Of a stretch of 64,000 nucleotides of DNA, positions 60,059 to 64,000 are shown piece after piece. The translations under genes were made by a program, and so were the position numbers. Location: contig NW_005434595.1 in the NCBI RefSeq assembly GCF_000315625.1, positions 106,442 through 170,441 on the forward strand, in the 5' to 3' direction. Within the stretch, counting starts at the first letter, position 1, and each line of letters starts with the position of its first letter. The notes below the pieces were generated by a model. That model made no database searches. It was not told where the DNA came from and saw nothing but the letters and a program-made list of their open reading frames with translations. Source of the stretch: Guillardia theta CCMP2712 (taxonomy: Eukaryota; Protista; Cryptophyta).

Positions 60059-63000
60059 ATGGAAGATACATCCCATGACAACGAACATTCTACTAACGGA
60101 GTTTCTGCGGGCGAGAAGGTCCAGGAAGAGAACGAACAGGAACCTGTAAACAATCCTGACGACTTCCTACAACCATCTGACGAAAAGATCGAGACATTCC
60201 AGAAGAAGGCTGTGCAGTATGGCGAAACAGAAATGATTGATGGCAATGAATTGAAGCCATCGCAATCGCTGTCGCTGATCAACGATTCAGAAGACGACGT
60301 TGCAAGAAACTCGCCCTTCTCTACCTTATCGAGGTACCTGAACAAATCGCTGGATGACGTACGACGAAGGACTTCGGGTAGTCAGATCTTCACAAAGTCT
60401 CCTTATGTGCTGGAGATTCAGCAGTTTTCCTCCAAGAAGGTATTCTACATCCCTCTACATGATAGTTGTTTCAATGATGCGATCTCCATTCCCAGAAACC
60501 CTTCAAAGGAGAGCTGAAAGGAGCTGGGAAGCATGAAGACAAAGACGGTATTTAACCTCCTCCTCTCACTCGTCCTCCTCTCACTCCATCACCTAACATG
60601 TCCGAAGGCTCCAGCAGCCACAATCGCTCACAATCTGCGATGTCGAGGCCGCCATGGAACCAAGAATGGCAGAGACCGGACGTGAGCTCTTGAGAAACTC
60701 TGTACGTGAGGGTGAGCAAGGGCGCAGGAGAACGGAAAAAGCTCGCGGGTCAAGACGGCGGGCTCACACAACGCGCGTCAAGCTGTCACTACTCCACTTG
60801 TCACTTTCTCTACCCTCATGAAAGACGAGGTTGCGATCGTTCATGTGTCTTGAAATGGTTGAAACGCTCTTGCAGGCGTACAAGTTTGCCAGCTCACTGT
60901 CATTGGCCGCCATTCATGAGATGATTTGGGCGCTGAAGGTGATATCCGGGATGTCGGTATGAGGGGTTGTAACGAGTTGGTTGCGAAGAGATGCAAACAC
61001 ACGTCGGATGTTGATCAGAAGACAACAAGCTTCCTCCGATCTTTGTTTTCCTTCTCACTTTCTCCCTCGCACAAGGACGAGGACGATGGGACAGGGGGAG
61101 AAGTTACGGCGAGGAAGAAGGAGCGGAAGTGGATCACTAGAGAAGTGCTACTCGCGCTTTTGAGAGGGATGAAGATCTACTTGACAAGCAGCAGAGGTTG
61201 TGAGGAAGCGAAAATGTGGTGGAAGCCGCTGCGCTATGATGATGTTTACAAGGCGATCGATCCGCAGACGGAGGCTAGTGGGATGACGATGAAGAGCACG
61301 ACTGGGATCTGGCTGAACTTGAGACTTTCTTGGAGCATGTTCGTTGGTTGTATGATGAGAGTCAGCCATGCCCTCGAGGAGAACAAGTTGCTTGACAGCT
61401 CCAACGCAGACAAGGAGGAGGAGGAGGAAGCGATGAACTTGGCAGATCTCAGTGCCCAGGCAGCAAACAACCCTGACGTTGAAGTGGAAGAGAGCGACTG
61501 GAAGAACTACAACCCGAGCGATGTTGAGGTGCAGGAGGTACAGGAGCTTTTCTTTCACGCAGGTAACGGCAAGAGGAGTTGCTCGCTGGACGCGCTGCAG
61601 CTGACGCTCTACATGAACCGATTCCTTCACACGTCAGTGTGCGAGATGATGAGGCTTGCGGAGATGTTGTCGGACGCCAACGGGACGATCTCAGCTGTGA
61701 ACTTTGCGAGAGTGTTGGCTTGCTACAGGTCAAGCTACACCAAGATCTCAGATGTCAGTTTTGGGATGTCGAACATTATCCGTCTAGTGCTTGTCCGTTT
61801 CGGGGACCCTGGGAGTTCGTTGCAAGTTGCGCACGCATTGAGACAGAACGTGTTTCTCTCTCTTCAGAGCCAAGTGCACAAGATGGGAGGGGAGATGAAT
61901 GTCGAGTTTGTGGTGTTGAACAACGCCAAGATGTCGCGGAGGAATCAGATGCGGTTGATGCATAGAAGGAAGTCAAGCGCTAGTGAGAGCTCAACAAACA
62001 TGAACCTTGCGAACATGTCCAAGATAGAGACAGAAATGACGGACGACGACTTGATCGAGTACTGTGAGGTCTGTCGGTCGTGGGCAGCGCATGTGTGGGT
62101 TTGTTTCATCCTCGATGAGAGCGTCTTTCTTCCTAGCCTGCCGCCCAGGTGCTCCAGCGAGCAGTTTGAGGGTCTATCGAGGAGTTTGCAGATGATGAAC
62201 GAAAGGAAATCTCTCGATGTCCTGAACTCGAGCTACTCGTTGTTCCCGCAGTCGTCTGCAGCGAGTTACTGTCTTGAGTTTGAGAACCATCATCATCACA
62301 GGAAGCTCCTGAAAGAACTGCAGAGGCTGACAGAGGACCCTTCACACATTATCTCGAGGTTGAAGTTGGATGTGAACATGTATAACATGCCGAGTGAAGT
62401 GCTCACTAGCGAGGTTGACAAGTTTCAACGACTTGTGAACTCCTTCCTCTCGCCGAACGAGGGATGCTCGGCGATGATGAAAGTGGAGAAGCGATTCCCC
62501 GTGTTTGTCATCCTGAAGGAAAATGCAGAGAACGTCAGTCAGCAGGGAGCTTACAAGTCAGTGTTGGAAGACGTTATGTCAAGAATCCCACCTGCCAACA
62601 AGTTTCGCTACAAGGTTTCTCCACAAGAGTTGCAGATCGGCAAATTACAGGACGTCGCGAGTAAGCAGAGCAAGATACAGAGCTCTTTCAAAGGTGCAGC
62701 GTCAAAGCTGAACAAGCTAACAAAGATGAATTCTGTCTTTCGCAACTCGAGCATACACTCTCCCAAGAAGCTCAGGAGCATGCTTGAAGAGATGTACCAC
62801 AGCGACTCCGATCTCAGCACCAACGATGAAGTAGGAGATTCGGTCTTGACCGAGAAGCAGTTCTTGCAGAAGGTAGCCAAGGAGGTCAAGGCTATGTTGT
62901 CTCAGGCTCTAATCCGAGCGATCCCTCCCTCCCACATGATCGACAACACAGTGTTACACGTGCGAAGGCTGCAGAGTATTCTGTACATGTTGAAGGAGAT

Positions 63001-64000
63001 TGGAAAGTTGAAGGATGCGAATGGAAGACCAAGTTGTCCGGTTGACAATGAGCAGCTTGCGGTAGTGAGGGCGATTGTGAAGTACATCGACTACTATGAG
63101 TACTCCAAACAAAGTGACAAGACCAAGAGCAATATGGAGCAGGCAGAGCTGATGGAGGAGAGGGGGAAGGAGCGCAAGAGGTATGTTTGAAGTGCAACTT
63201 GACTTTGAGGTGTCTTGTTGTGTTGTGGAAGAGGAAAGCTTGCATGAAAGGTTGTCTCCCTTTTTTGAGTTTGATGGCGGATGAAGTCCGTTGCGTATCT
63301 GCATGTTCTTTTCTCTCACTCCTCCTCCTCCTCCTCCTCCTCCTCCTCCTTGATAAACCTCCTCGTCGTCCTCCTCCTCTTCCCCTCCTCCTCCTCCTCC
63401 TCCTCCTCCTTCTCCTCCTCCTTGATAAACCTCCTCCTTCTTCTCCTCCTTCTCCTCCTCCTTTATCTTCTCCTCATTTCTCTTTGATTTGTTTCTATTC
63501 TCACTTCACCGCAGACTCCTCATGTCTCTATTGAGTTTTCGCGCTTCATACTCTAGCGGCAAGAAAAGTTTTCTTGCTCCCATCGGAGACATTCCATTCG
63601 AGTTTGAGATATATGACAGGTGATTGACTTTCCTTCAGAGATCTCGTGTATCTTAGATGCACAATGTCACATCTTCAATTTGTGTTGTGTTCGGATGTTA
63701 CTGTCATTCATCTGATCTCTGCACACAAGTACATATCTGAAATCCCATGTTTGAATGTACTCCTCATGCGGTATCTTGTTGCTACTGCTGAAGATTCGAT
63801 GAAATGTCTCGCTTGCCTCATGCTCGTCGAGACTGAGATGTCATACTTGCCATTTCATCTTGAACTTATCATCTGTATCTTTCTATCGTCAATGTTTCAT
63901 CTCAAACCCTCCTTCTTCGTTTCCTTCCTCTTCCCTGACCCCATCTCTCAACCCCTCTCTGTCTCCTTCCTTCCATCCTCCTCCTTCCCATCTCCCGCTC
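60059..64000 (+). CDS. Large protein with an EF-hand-like segment, a degenerate DUF4062/NWD-type TIR-like domain and a degenerate NACHT-like P-loop; continues beyond the window
   Basis: ORFs 60059..60517 and 60926..63190 plus in-frame exons at about 63514 and 63640; SLPPRCSSEQFEGL...SYCLE resembles the NWD1/2 N-terminus; ASYSSGKKS at the expected Walker A position. Confidence 0.55.

Noticed and set aside
1-64000. Transposase, reverse transcriptase, viral genes or tRNAs
   Set aside because: No such motifs were recognised on either strand.

Overview
Gene-dense, intron-rich eukaryotic nuclear DNA with about 20 protein-coding genes. Most introns are about 50-60 nt GT-AG with a CTGAC/CTAAT branch site, and polypurine/polypyrimidine microsatellites and several N-gaps are present. 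Intron size, plastid-related genes with signal+transit-like N-termini and the repeat style suggest an alga with a complex red plastid, probably a cryptophyte (inference). Recognisable genes: an EGF+trefoil+GH31 alpha-glucosidase-like protein with degenerate catalytic motifs, a tandem-TIR protein, a SnoaL/NTF2-like protein, secernin (C69), cullin-4, a CA1P-phosphatase-like histidine phosphatase, DNAJC25, PAB (chloroplast ATPase biogenesis), JMJD6, a degenerate NWD/DUF4062-NACHT-like protein and an isolated LSU rRNA fragment. Top findings from manual splicing: (1) a roughly 1,500-aa type I membrane protein whose cytoplasmic tail has YxxPhi and acidic W/F ear-binding motifs and splices in frame to a complete gamma-adaptin ear (GAE) domain; (2) two intergenic element classes, GC-rich CCGG/GTGAC/GATCGG islands just after stop codons at head-to-tail junctions and TACCCC/GGGGTA-rich tracts upstream of gene starts; (3) a protein with an unrecognised duplicated 'RRYWGDKTDFCRCLE' domain. 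All gene models were assembled by eye and no database searches were run.
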